From a virus: a stretch of DNA of 64,000 nucleotides. Below are positions 31,992 through 40,905 of this stretch, piece by piece (positions within the stretch are counted from its first letter, which is position 1; every line of letters begins with the position of its first letter). The position numbers and the translations under genes were made by a program. Under the pieces are notes generated by a model. That model saw only the letters and a program-made list of their open reading frames with translations. It did no database searches and was not told the origin of the DNA. Location: the IMG/VR virus record IMGVR_UViG_2921643360_000001, positions 1 through 64,000 of that record; one strand, written 5' to 3'.

Positions 31992-32648
31992 ATGGCCCTT
32001 TGCGGAGCCAAAAACCGCAGCGGTCAGCCTTGCAAACGCCACGCAACGGTAGGAGCCAAGCGCTGCAAGTTGCACGGCGGCAACAACAAGCCGGCGAAGA
32101 AGGGTAACGCGTACGCATCCAAGCCTGGTTCGCTCTACAGCAAGTACCTAACCGACGACGAGCGCGCTATTGCCGCGTCGCTTGAACTCGGCGGCGTCGA
32201 CGAAGAGTTGCGCCTTACCCGCATCCGCCTGATGCGCGCCCTGCAGCGTGAGGCCGACAAGGGCGACACACCGGAGCTTGACGAGCAGGTTGAGCGCGAA
32301 GGCGCCGAGAACGTCACGGCCAAGAGCGAGACCAAGTACAAGGTTCGCGACTACGTGACGATGATCGACCGGCTGACGGCTCGCGTCGAGTCCCTGGAGG
32401 CGCGTCGTGCTGTCCTGCTCCAGCAGCAGACGGACATCGAACTGAAGCGCAATGCTGATCGCCGCGCCGAAGAGATGCACGACATCGAGGCGCAGGTTAA
32501 GCGTCTTGATATCCAGCGCAAACAGAAAGAAGCCGCGCTGACGAATGTCGAGATCACGAACAACATCATGCCGGTTCCGACCGCTGACAGCGTCGATAGC
32601 TGGGAGCAGGTTGCATCGGCGCAGCAAGACAAGTCGCTGGGGCGGTAA
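31992..32648 (+). CDS. terS: Terminase small subunit (putative)
   Basis: Basic N-terminus 'GAKNRSGQPCKRHATVGAKRCKLHGG' and a coiled-coil C-terminus. Its stop overlaps the terL ATG. Confidence 0.55.
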   Translation: MALCGAKNRSGQPCKRHATVGAKRCKLHGGNNKPAKKGNAYASKPGSLYSKYLTDDERAIAASLELGGVDEELRLTRIRLMRALQREADKGDTPELDEQVEREGAENVTAKSETKYKVRDYVTMIDRLTARVESLEARRAVLLQQQTDIELKRNADRRAEEMHDIEAQVKRLDIQRKQKEAALTNVEITNNIMPVPTADSVDSWEQVASAQQDKSLGR

Positions 32649-34207
32649 TGGCCTACAACGTCGTTTGGAAGCCGCTCCCTGGCTCGCAATCGCTGGCGCT
32701 GTCGTGTCCGTGCAATGAGATCCTGTACGAAGGGACTCGTGGGCCTGGCAAGACGGCTGCTCAGCTTGCCCGATTCCGTCGCAACGTTGGCCGCGGTTAC
32801 GGCTCGTTCTGGCGCGGAATCATCTTCGACATCGAGTATAAGAACCTCGCCGACATCATCACGCAGAGCAAGCGGATGTTTCGCCTGTTCAACGATGGCG
32901 CTCGGTTTCTGTCGTCTGCATCCGAACTGAAGTGGGTTTGGCCCACTGGCGAGGAACTGCTGTTCCGGTTCGCGAAGGACGAGGACAAGTATTGGGACTA
33001 TCACGGGCAGGAATTCCCGTTCATCGGCTTTAACGAGCTGACGAAGCAGACGAGTAGCGCCTTTTACGAGGCGATCATGTCGTGCTTGCGGTCGTCTTTT
33101 AGGCCGCAGGACTATCCGCGCCCAGATGGCTCGCTGTTGCCGAATATCCCGCTTGAGATGTTCAGCACGAGCAACCCGTTTGGCGTCGGACATGCGTGGG
33201 TGAAGAAGCGTTTCATCGAACCAGTGCCGCGCGGTCGCGTTCTGCGTACGAAGCAGGTTGTGTTCAACCCGCAGACGAAGCAGGACGAGGAAATTACCCT
33301 CACTCGCGTGGCGATTCACGGCAGTTACAAGGAAAACCCGTTCCTTGACCCGGTGTACGTCGCGACGCTGATGAATATCCGCGATCCGAACAGGCGCAAG
33401 GCTTGGGTAGAAGGATCGTGGGATGTGACGAGCGGCGGACGGTTCGACCATCTCTGGCGCGAATCGACGCACGTCATCAAGCCGTTTCAGATTCCGGCAT
33501 CGTGGCACGTCGATCGTTCGCACGACTGGGGCGAATCGAAGCCATTTGCCAATCTCTGGTGGGCGGAATCAGATGGTTCGGCTGTCGCGATAAACGGTCG
33601 GCATCGCGTATTCCCCAAGGGGACGCTGTTCCTGATCGGCGAATGGTACGGTTGCCCTCCCGGTGAGTTGAATACTGGCCTGAATATGTCGTCTACGGAC
33701 GTCGCAAAGGGCGTCAGGTGGATCGATGCACGTCTGGCTGGTCAAACTGCGGAGATGCCGGCGAGCTTGAATCAAGGCCAGGTCAATATCATGCCCGGCC
33801 TGTGCTCGAAGGTGGCGCCCGGCCCTGCCGATTCGTCAATCTTCAACACTGGCGACCATGAGTTGTCTATCGCCGAGAAGATGAGAAAGCAGGGCGTGTC
33901 GTGGCGCGAGTCTGACAAGCGTCCTGGCAGCCGCAAAAACGGCGCATCGCTCTTCTGCGACATGCTCGAAGCGGCGCTCAACGGGCAAGTATCCGAATCC
34001 GGCCAGCCGGAGGAGCCCGCTTTCTACGTTTTTGAGCATTGCCGCGGATGGATCAGCCGAATCCCGATTCTGCCGCGCGACTCGAAAGACCCTGACGACG
34101 TCGATACCAGCGCCGAAGACCACGATTGGGACGCGACGCGTTATCGAGTCCTAGTCAAGCGCGGTACTGCATCGCATCAGGCAAGCGTCCCCCACATGCA
34201 CAGGTGA
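32648..34207 (+). CDS. terL: Terminase large subunit
   Basis: Walker A 'EGTRGPGKT'. 519 aa, located upstream of the portal. Confidence 0.85.
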   Translation: MAYNVVWKPLPGSQSLALSCPCNEILYEGTRGPGKTAAQLARFRRNVGRGYGSFWRGIIFDIEYKNLADIITQSKRMFRLFNDGARFLSSASELKWVWPTGEELLFRFAKDEDKYWDYHGQEFPFIGFNELTKQTSSAFYEAIMSCLRSSFRPQDYPRPDGSLLPNIPLEMFSTSNPFGVGHAWVKKRFIEPVPRGRVLRTKQVVFNPQTKQDEEITLTRVAIHGSYKENPFLDPVYVATLMNIRDPNRRKAWVEGSWDVTSGGRFDHLWRESTHVIKPFQIPASWHVDRSHDWGESKPFANLWWAESDGSAVAINGRHRVFPKGTLFLIGEWYGCPPGELNTGLNMSSTDVAKGVRWIDARLAGQTAEMPASLNQGQVNIMPGLCSKVAPGPADSSIFNTGDHELSIAEKMRKQGVSWRESDKRPGSRKNGASLFCDMLEAALNGQVSESGQPEEPAFYVFEHCRGWISRIPILPRDSKDPDDVDTSAEDHDWDATRYRVLVKRGTASHQASVPHMHR

Positions 34208-34210
34208 CAC

Positions 34211-34387
34211 ATGGCAATCAAGATCAATCCCGCGCACAAGGGCGACCTTCACCGCGCGCTGGGCATCCCGCAAGACAAGCCGATTCCGGCGAAGAAACTG
34301 GAGTCGGCAACGAAATCCAGCAACGAACACGTACGCCAGATGGCGGATTTTGCAAAGAACGCACGCGGCTTCAAACACGGAAAGTAA
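34211..34387 (+). CDS. 58-aa basic protein
   Basis: My translation is MAIKINPAHKGDLHRALGIPQDKPIPAKKLESATKSSNEHVRQMADFAKNARGFKHGK. It abuts the portal start. Confidence 0.45.
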   Translation: MAIKINPAHKGDLHRALGIPQDKPIPAKKLESATKSSNEHVRQMADFAKNARGFKHGK

Positions 34388-35839
34388 ATGCTGAAGACAC
34401 TCCAGAAGTCGCTGCCGCAGGACAAGGACTTCCCGGAGCGCACATTCCGCGTCCAGATGCTGCAGCGCGTGCTGAACGGCACGCTATACGACGAACTGCC
34501 GCACGCTTTCCATGAGGAAAAGACGGACGCGGATGAATATGTTCCCCTGCGTGATCGGCGCCCATGCGTCAAGACGAACCTCTGCCGCACGGTAGTGGAC
34601 GATTCGGTCGCGTTGCTGTTCGCCGAAGGCCATTTCCCTTCTGTCGAGATTGAGGGTGCTGATCGCAAGGCCGCACTCGCGAAGTTGCTCAAAGAGATTC
34701 GCCTCAATGAGGTGATGATCAATGCGGCGACGCGCGGCTCAGTCGGCTCGGTCGCGGTCCAGTTCAAGGTGCTCCAGAAGCGCGTCTTTCTGGACGTGCT
34801 GGATACGGACTATCTGACGCCGAAGTGGAATCCGGAAGCGCCCGACACGCTGCTTTCCGTGACCGAGAAGTACAAGGTCAAAGGTTCCGCTCTCGCCGAA
34901 CAGGGTTACACGATCAAAACGGACGAGTTGGGCGCATCGTTCTGGTTTCAGCGCGTGTGGGACGAAAACGCGGAAACGTGGTTCACGCCATGGAAGGTGG
35001 CTGACGAAAACCAGACGCCCGTGGTTGACAACGGCAAGACGGTCAAGCACGAATTAGGCTTCGTGCCGATCGTGTGGATTCGCAATCTACCCGGCGGTGA
35101 CGCGGTGGATGGTCTGCCGACATTTCCCAATGAGGCAATCGAGACGCAGATCGAGATCGACTATCAGCTTTCGCAGGCTGGGCGCGGGCTGAAGTACACA
35201 TCCGATCCGACGTTGCTCATCAAGGAACCGGCATTCGGCGGAGAAGGCCCGACCGTTAAGGGCGCAGCCAATGCAATCAAGGTCAGCGAGAACGGCGACG
35301 CGAAGTTGCTGGAAATCAATGGCACGGGCGCCGCTGCTGTACTCGAATACGTCAAGCATCTGCGTGAAATCGCGCTCGAGACGATGCACGGCAACCGGAC
35401 GAGTCCCGAGAAGATGGCGACGGCGCAGTCTGGCCGGGCGATGGAAATGATGCAAATGGGCCTGGTATGGCTGGCTGACCGGCTCCGCATCTCATACGGC
35501 GAGTACGCGATTCTCGAAATCGTTTCGATGATCGCAAAGGCGTCGAAGAAGTTCAAACTCACGTTCAAGAATGGCGAGAAAGTCGGCGATTTCGATCCTG
35601 CCAAAGACGCATCACTGCGCTGGCCGGCATGGCACGCACCGACCGTCTCCGATCTGCAGACGATGGCGAATACGCTGCGCACGCTTTGTGATGCCGGCCT
35701 GATGTCCCGCGAAACGGCAATCAAGGTGCTGGCTGATGCATACGACATCGAGGACGCCGCAGCAGAGAAGGCGCTCGCAGATGCCGACATGGCCGAAAGA
35801 AACGCCGACGCTCAGAAGAAGGTCGCGATCAACGAATAA
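34388..35839 (+). CDS. Portal protein
   Basis: 483 aa, located directly after terL. Confidence 0.7.
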   Translation: MLKTLQKSLPQDKDFPERTFRVQMLQRVLNGTLYDELPHAFHEEKTDADEYVPLRDRRPCVKTNLCRTVVDDSVALLFAEGHFPSVEIEGADRKAALAKLLKEIRLNEVMINAATRGSVGSVAVQFKVLQKRVFLDVLDTDYLTPKWNPEAPDTLLSVTEKYKVKGSALAEQGYTIKTDELGASFWFQRVWDENAETWFTPWKVADENQTPVVDNGKTVKHELGFVPIVWIRNLPGGDAVDGLPTFPNEAIETQIEIDYQLSQAGRGLKYTSDPTLLIKEPAFGGEGPTVKGAANAIKVSENGDAKLLEINGTGAAAVLEYVKHLREIALETMHGNRTSPEKMATAQSGRAMEMMQMGLVWLADRLRISYGEYAILEIVSMIAKASKKFKLTFKNGEKVGDFDPAKDASLRWPAWHAPTVSDLQTMANTLRTLCDAGLMSRETAIKVLADAYDIEDAAAEKALADADMAERNADAQKKVAINE

Positions 35840-35874
35840 CCGCATTACCCCGGCTTGATGCCGGACGTCAAACC

Positions 35875-35902
35875 AGGCCGCTCGATGCGGCCTTTTTCTT
35901 TT
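35875..35902 (+). terminator. Rho-independent terminator/attenuator
   Basis: AGGCCGC-tcgat-GCGGCCT followed by TTTTTCTTTT. Confidence 0.65.
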
Positions 35903-35913
35903 GTGAGGGCTAG

Positions 35914-36534
35914 ATGCCTAACCTGCTTCGCCAGTTGATGCTGCAAAACCGTCTGATGTCGCCTGAAGGTGACGATGGCGGCGGCGGTCCGCCCGCAACG
36001 CCTCCGACTACCCCGCCGATCCAGGGCAAAGAGACGTTCTCCCGCGAATACGTGCAGGAACTCCGGCAGGAAAACGCCAGTTACCGCACCCGCGCCATCG
36101 AAGCAGAACGCAAGGCTCAGGAAGCCGAGACGAAAGCGACGAAGGCTGCGGAAGAGGCTGAAGCCAGGGCAAAGAAAGCCTCGGACGATGCTGACGCGAA
36201 GGTGAGGGAGAGCCACACCGCATCCGAGCAGCGGATCATCCGCGCCGAACTCAAGGCAGAAGCCCTGAAGGCCGGCATGGTGGATCTGGACGGCCTGAAA
36301 CTGGCCGACCTGTCGAGCATCAAGATCGACGACAAGGGTGAAGTAACGGGCGCTACCGAACTGATGGCGGCGCTCAAGGAATCGAAGCCGTATCTCTTTA
36401 AGGAAGCGTCCAGCTCAAGCAGCACGCAAACGCCCCCTCCGAAAGAAAAAGCCAAGCCTTTCGACGCGCGCACCGCGACGCCGGAAGAGCGAGCAGCCAA
36501 GGCCCGCGAGATGGGCCTGCACATCAAGCAGTAA
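35914..36534 (+). CDS. Scaffolding protein
   Basis: A/E/K-rich coiled coil between the portal and capsid genes. Confidence 0.65.
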   Translation: MPNLLRQLMLQNRLMSPEGDDGGGGPPATPPTTPPIQGKETFSREYVQELRQENASYRTRAIEAERKAQEAETKATKAAEEAEARAKKASDDADAKVRESHTASEQRIIRAELKAEALKAGMVDLDGLKLADLSSIKIDDKGEVTGATELMAALKESKPYLFKEASSSSSTQTPPPKEKAKPFDARTATPEERAAKAREMGLHIKQ

Positions 36535-36614
36535 CCGCATTAGCAACGCCCCGTGAGTCCTGACGACGAGGGGAAGCGAAAGCAATTTCCCTTTTCCGAT
36601 AGGACTCACTCATC

Positions 36615-37976
36615 ATGGCATTGAACAATCTGCCGGCAGCGCTGCAAAGCGTTATTCAAACCGGCTTCCTTGAGCATCAATTCGGTCTCCCGCTGAAGGC
36701 CAAGCTCGGCTTCCGCGCGATCGCTGACCGCGTGCCGTTCACGGCGAACATCGGTGAAACGATCACCAAGACGCGTACCGGTCTGCTTCAGGCTGTCACC
36801 ACGCCGATGGCGCCGGCCGCAAACAGCGACATCACGTCGGGCCTCACGCCGCAGAACTACTCGATCGAGCAGTACATTCTCTCGGTCGCGCAGTACGCTG
36901 CGAACATGCAACTGAACATCGTGACGCAGAAGGTTGCGATCTCGGATCTGTTCCTGCGCAACGCATACGCGCTCGGCGAACAGGCTTTCCGCTCGGTCGA
37001 CACGATCGCCCAGCAAGCACTGTTCAACACGTACCTCGGCGGCAACACGCGCGTTCGCACGACCCTGGGTGCGCCGGCTGCGACGATCAACGTCGACGAC
37101 ATCCGCGGCTTCCAGCAAACGCTGAACAGCGCCGGTCAGGTCGTCGCTGTGTCGGGTTCGAATCCGGTCAACGTGACGGTCGGCTCGAACGTCTACTCGC
37201 TAACGGGCTTCGCTGCTGACGGCTCGAACGTGTCGACGACGCCTGGCGGTGTTTCTGGCACGCTGACGTTCTCTGGCAACGTGACGGTGGCTGACGGCAC
37301 GGCGCTCAACGCTGTCGTGTCGGCGGTCGCCCCGTACGTGATCCGTCCGAGCCTGACGTCGAACAACACGATGGCCGCGACGACTGCCGCTATCTCGGCG
37401 ACGAACGACATCAACAGCGGTCGCCTGACCATGCAGATGGTCCTGCAAGCCAAGGCCACGATGCAGGCCAACGCTGTGCCGGTCGTGGACGCAACGGGCA
37501 TGTATCACCTGTACGTCGACCCGATGCAGGCTACCGGTCTGTACGCTGACCCGGCATTCCAGCAGTTCTTCCGCGGTCAGATCACCAGCGAAGAATACCG
37601 CCAAGGCGTGATCGCCGAAATGCTCGGCGTTCGCATCGAGGAAACCAACCTCAACCCGGTGCAGACGCTGGCTGGGGTGGGCACGGTTCGCCGCGGTCTG
37701 CTGGTCGGTCAGGGCGCACTCGTCGAAGGCCAGTTCACCAACGAAGCCTACAGCGAAGCACTCGCGACGGTCGACAAGGATGAGCTGATCACCATCATCG
37801 AAGGCATCGCGCACGTGACCCGCGAACCGCTCGACGCGCTCAAGCAGGTTGTGACGCAGACGTGGTCGTACATCGGCGGCTTTGTTGTTCCGACGGATGT
37901 AACGACGAACCCCAACACGATCCCGACCGCGACGAACTCGGCGGCCAAGCGCGGCATCATGTTGGAATCGCTGTAA
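36615..37976 (+). CDS. Major capsid protein
   Basis: 453 aa after the scaffold gene and followed by a strong terminator. High-expression codon bias. Confidence 0.7.
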   Translation: MALNNLPAALQSVIQTGFLEHQFGLPLKAKLGFRAIADRVPFTANIGETITKTRTGLLQAVTTPMAPAANSDITSGLTPQNYSIEQYILSVAQYAANMQLNIVTQKVAISDLFLRNAYALGEQAFRSVDTIAQQALFNTYLGGNTRVRTTLGAPAATINVDDIRGFQQTLNSAGQVVAVSGSNPVNVTVGSNVYSLTGFAADGSNVSTTPGGVSGTLTFSGNVTVADGTALNAVVSAVAPYVIRPSLTSNNTMAATTAAISATNDINSGRLTMQMVLQAKATMQANAVPVVDATGMYHLYVDPMQATGLYADPAFQQFFRGQITSEEYRQGVIAEMLGVRIEETNLNPVQTLAGVGTVRRGLLVGQGALVEGQFTNEAYSEALATVDKDELITIIEGIAHVTREPLDALKQVVTQTWSYIGGFVVPTDVTTNPNTIPTATNSAAKRGIMLESL

Positions 37977-37986
37977 TTGGCGACGC

Positions 37987-38010
37987 GGGAGGGTTCGCCC
38001 TCCCGTTTTT
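37987..38010 (+). terminator. Rho-independent terminator after the capsid gene
   Basis: GGGAGGG-ttcg-CCCTCCC followed by GTTTTT. Confidence 0.75.
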
Positions 38011-38022
38011 CTGAGGACATGT

Positions 38023-38232
38023 ATGGCTCGCAAACCCAATGCCCTGCCCGTCGCTGACGAGGGCGAAGCCGAACAGAAACCAGTCAAGTATGTGCTGAAG
38101 CGAAACGCCGGCTTGATTCTGGATGGACGTCAGAACCTGTTTTTCCCCGCTGGCACCGTATTCGATGCTGAGAGTGACGCGCCGATGATTTCCGCGCTCT
38201 TTCAACTCGGCGAAATTCTTGAGCAACAGTAA
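38023..38232 (+). CDS. Small head-associated protein
   Basis: 69-aa ORF in the head module. Confidence 0.5.
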   Translation: MARKPNALPVADEGEAEQKPVKYVLKRNAGLILDGRQNLFFPAGTVFDAESDAPMISALFQLGEILEQQ

Positions 38233-38628
38233 ATGCCATTCACACCGTACGTTTTCACGTCCGCGCAGTTGGTGGATATCCGCAGACATACCGGGTATCC
38301 AGCGTATGGCGATGGTGCTGTCGTGTTCCCGGCGCCATGGCTGCAGCGCAACTATCTGGCGCTCGAATACCGCCTGCAGCACATGAGCACGGACGAGGGA
38401 AGCGTGGTGGTGAATACGTACCTGGCGAATCTGACGACGCTGGAAAACGCCATCCCGACGACGAGCGACAACCTCGACACCGATCAGGCTGCGGTATGGA
38501 CCCACAACAAAAACGAACTTCGCGATAGAGAGGCGCTGTTCGATTCGTGGCGCCGACGCCTGTGTAACTTCCTGGGCGTGCCGCGAGGCCCTCAGTTCGG
38601 CGGGCCCTCGAATAGTCTGGTGGTTTGA
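38233..38628 (+). CDS. Head-tail connector/completion protein (putative)
   Basis: 131 aa. Assigned by position only. Confidence 0.45.
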   Translation: MPFTPYVFTSAQLVDIRRHTGYPAYGDGAVVFPAPWLQRNYLALEYRLQHMSTDEGSVVVNTYLANLTTLENAIPTTSDNLDTDQAAVWTHNKNELRDREALFDSWRRRLCNFLGVPRGPQFGGPSNSLVV

Positions 38629-39269
38629 TGGATGCAGCGAAACTGCAGGCGAAGGTCTGGAAGGGCTATAGCCTTGCCGCCAAACGCATCGGCCCCGCCT
38701 ACAACCTATTCCGCCCGATCGCCGCGATCAACCCGTTCTCAAACGGCCCAATCGCAACGCTGAACGCCTCGTTCAATGCCGAGGACATGACTTACGGCAG
38801 GCCGAACAAGTACGGCAAGCCGACGTGGTTTGCGTTGGTTGACGGATCGCAGACGCAGGTCGGCGACTACCTCAGCAACAACGATCAGACGTTCTTCATC
38901 GCGGCAATGCAACCGATCCTTCCGATTCTGGCGGTCGACTGTAATCGGACGATCAATGTTTTGAGGCCGCAGCAGCAATCCGGATTCGGCGCACAGCCTT
39001 ACGGCGGCGACACCGCTGCCGGCGAGACTGCGCTGATGACTGGCTGGCCCGCTTCAGTGCTTCAAGGCACGAAGGGCGAGAAGAATGAAGTCAATTTGCC
39101 TGGTGACGTGCGTAATCCGTGGTGGCAGATCCTGATGCCGGCATTCCCCGGCGTCGTTATCGGCACCGCGGACATTCTGACGGACGATTTGCAACGACGC
39201 TACTCCGTCTCGAGCGCTGAAGCCACAGATTTGGGGTGGCGAATCACAGCGATGCAGGCCCAGACATGA
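38625..39269 (+). CDS. Head/neck structural protein (putative)
   Basis: 214 aa with a 4-nt overlap. Assigned by position only. Confidence 0.45.
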   Translation: MMDAAKLQAKVWKGYSLAAKRIGPAYNLFRPIAAINPFSNGPIATLNASFNAEDMTYGRPNKYGKPTWFALVDGSQTQVGDYLSNNDQTFFIAAMQPILPILAVDCNRTINVLRPQQQSGFGAQPYGGDTAAGETALMTGWPASVLQGTKGEKNEVNLPGDVRNPWWQILMPAFPGVVIGTADILTDDLQRRYSVSSAEATDLGWRITAMQAQT

Positions 39270-39281
39270 TGGATACACGCA

Positions 39282-40133
39282 ATGGCTGATATCGGCGACG
39301 TCTACGACTCAGTTTCGGCGCTGATTGCCGGCGTGATCTACCCGAACGGCACAAGTCAGCCCCCCGTCAACGGCATTCAGACGCGCATTTATGGCGGCTG
39401 GCCCGTCAAGGCGCAACTCGATGCTGACCTCCTGGCAGGCAACGCACATATCACGGTCTACGGACGCGAATCCCGCAACACGACGCGTTATCAGACAGTC
39501 CCGCTTGACATCGCCGTCACGCCTCCGACGCTCACGCTGACGATCAACGCAAACACGGTCACGGTCGACGGCACGGTTGCGGCGGGCGTGAATACAGCCA
39601 TTCTCGCCGGCACGAAGGCGTATCTCTACCAGACCGTCGCGAACGACACGCCGAGCACGATCGCAGCGGCTCTTGCGACCCTGATCAACGCCGATTTCCC
39701 CGGCACATCGGCGACTGGTCCAGTAATCACCCTCCCTGCTACCGCGACCATTGCCGCGGCGCGCGTCGGCGGAAGCGGCTCGCAAGTCACCGAGGTTGGC
39801 CGCGTCGAGCAGGTATTTCAGATCACCATCTGGACCAACACGCCCGCCAATCGCAAGTCGATCGCTAGCCTGATCGTGCCGCAACTGATGAATAGCCGCT
39901 TTCTGACGCTGGCTGACGGCAGCGCAGCACGGATGATCCTGCAAGGCCAGCGCGACGATGACATGCCGCAGAAAGAACTGCTGTATCGCCGCGACATCAT
40001 GGCGAAGATCGAATACGCCGAGACGATCACGAACACCTCAACGACGGTTGTCGACATCGTCGAGAACATCGCTGTCGGCGTGAATGGCTACAACGGCGGC
40101 ACTTACCCGAACACGACCACCATCAACATTTGA
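39282..40133 (+). CDS. Structural protein (putative neck/tail terminator region)
   Basis: 283 aa. Assigned by position only. Confidence 0.45.
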   Translation: MADIGDVYDSVSALIAGVIYPNGTSQPPVNGIQTRIYGGWPVKAQLDADLLAGNAHITVYGRESRNTTRYQTVPLDIAVTPPTLTLTINANTVTVDGTVAAGVNTAILAGTKAYLYQTVANDTPSTIAAALATLINADFPGTSATGPVITLPATATIAAARVGGSGSQVTEVGRVEQVFQITIWTNTPANRKSIASLIVPQLMNSRFLTLADGSAARMILQGQRDDDMPQKELLYRRDIMAKIEYAETITNTSTTVVDIVENIAVGVNGYNGGTYPNTTTINI

Positions 40134-40140
40134 GGCGCAC

Positions 40141-40275
40141 ATGGAATTCCATCTGACCGTCGTCGAGCCATTCGGCGGCTACAAGAAAGGCGACGAAATC
40201 ACCGATCCGGAGAAAGTCGCCGAGATCCTGTCCGGCGAGAACGAGCATCACGTCGTCAAGCGCGTCGCCGAATAA
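40141..40275 (+). CDS. 44-aa acidic peptide
   Basis: Reads MEFHLTVVEPFGGYKKGDEITDPEKVAEILSGENEHHVVKRVAE and is followed by a terminator. Confidence 0.4.
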   Translation: MEFHLTVVEPFGGYKKGDEITDPEKVAEILSGENEHHVVKRVAE

Positions 40276-40290
40276 ATCCCCTCCCCGCTT

Positions 40291-40323
40291 CGCCCGAAGG
40301 CCTGCCATTGCGCGGGCCTTTTT
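40291..40323 (+). terminator. Rho-independent terminator
   Basis: GCCCG...CGGGC stem followed by CTTTTTTATT. Confidence 0.6.
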
Positions 40324-40358
40324 TATTGGCCTTTGGCCCAATCACTCTGTGAGAAACC

Positions 40359-40868
40359 ATGAATCAACTGACATTCGAAAATCAGCCGATGACGCTCATC
40401 GAACACGACGGGCGCCTGTGGTTGAAGTCTGCCGATATAGCCAGGGCACTCGGATATGCGCGGACAGACAAACTGACGCGCGTCTATGACCGGCATGAAT
40501 CGGAATTTACCGGTTCGATGACGTGTGTTGTCGAGACCCCCACTTTGGGGTTCCCGAACCTGACGTCAGAAACCCGCATGTTCAGCCTCCGCGGCGCTCA
40601 TTTGCTTGGCATGTTTGCGCGCACGGCGAACGGCATGAAGTTCCGCAAGTGGGTGCTAGACCAACTTGACGCGATTGAGGAGCAGCGCGTCGCCAATCGC
40701 TCGCTGATGTCGGAGTGGTACGACGCGAAAGCCGCGCTCGACAACCAGAACAGGTTTGCAAGTCTGTGCGGTCGCGGTCTGAATGACCACAAACGGCAAA
40801 AGCCGCCGCTTATGCAGCGAATAGCGCTGATCGCAGAAAAGATACAGCCCTCCCTCTCGTTTTCTTAG
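40359..40868 (+). CDS. Bro-N domain protein (antirepressor-like moron)
   Basis: 'LTFENQPMTLIEHDGRLWLKSADIARALGY...FSLRGAHLLGMFARTANGMKFRKWV' matches Bro-N. Confidence 0.75.
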   Translation: MNQLTFENQPMTLIEHDGRLWLKSADIARALGYARTDKLTRVYDRHESEFTGSMTCVVETPTLGFPNLTSETRMFSLRGAHLLGMFARTANGMKFRKWVLDQLDAIEEQRVANRSLMSEWYDAKAALDNQNRFASLCGRGLNDHKRQKPPLMQRIALIAEKIQPSLSFS

Positions 40869-40894
40869 CCCGCTTCGGCGGGCTTTTTCTTTTG
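40867..40894 (+). terminator. Rho-independent terminator
   Basis: AGCCCGC-ttcg-GCGGGCT followed by TTTTCTTTT. Confidence 0.8.
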
Positions 40895-40905
40895 GAGCCC
40901 CCACG

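Noticed and set aside
32351-33523. 390-aa minus-strand ORF
   Set aside because: It is antisense to the terminase large subunit, which carries a Walker A motif and is translationally coupled to its neighbours. The ORF has an R/L-rich shadow composition.
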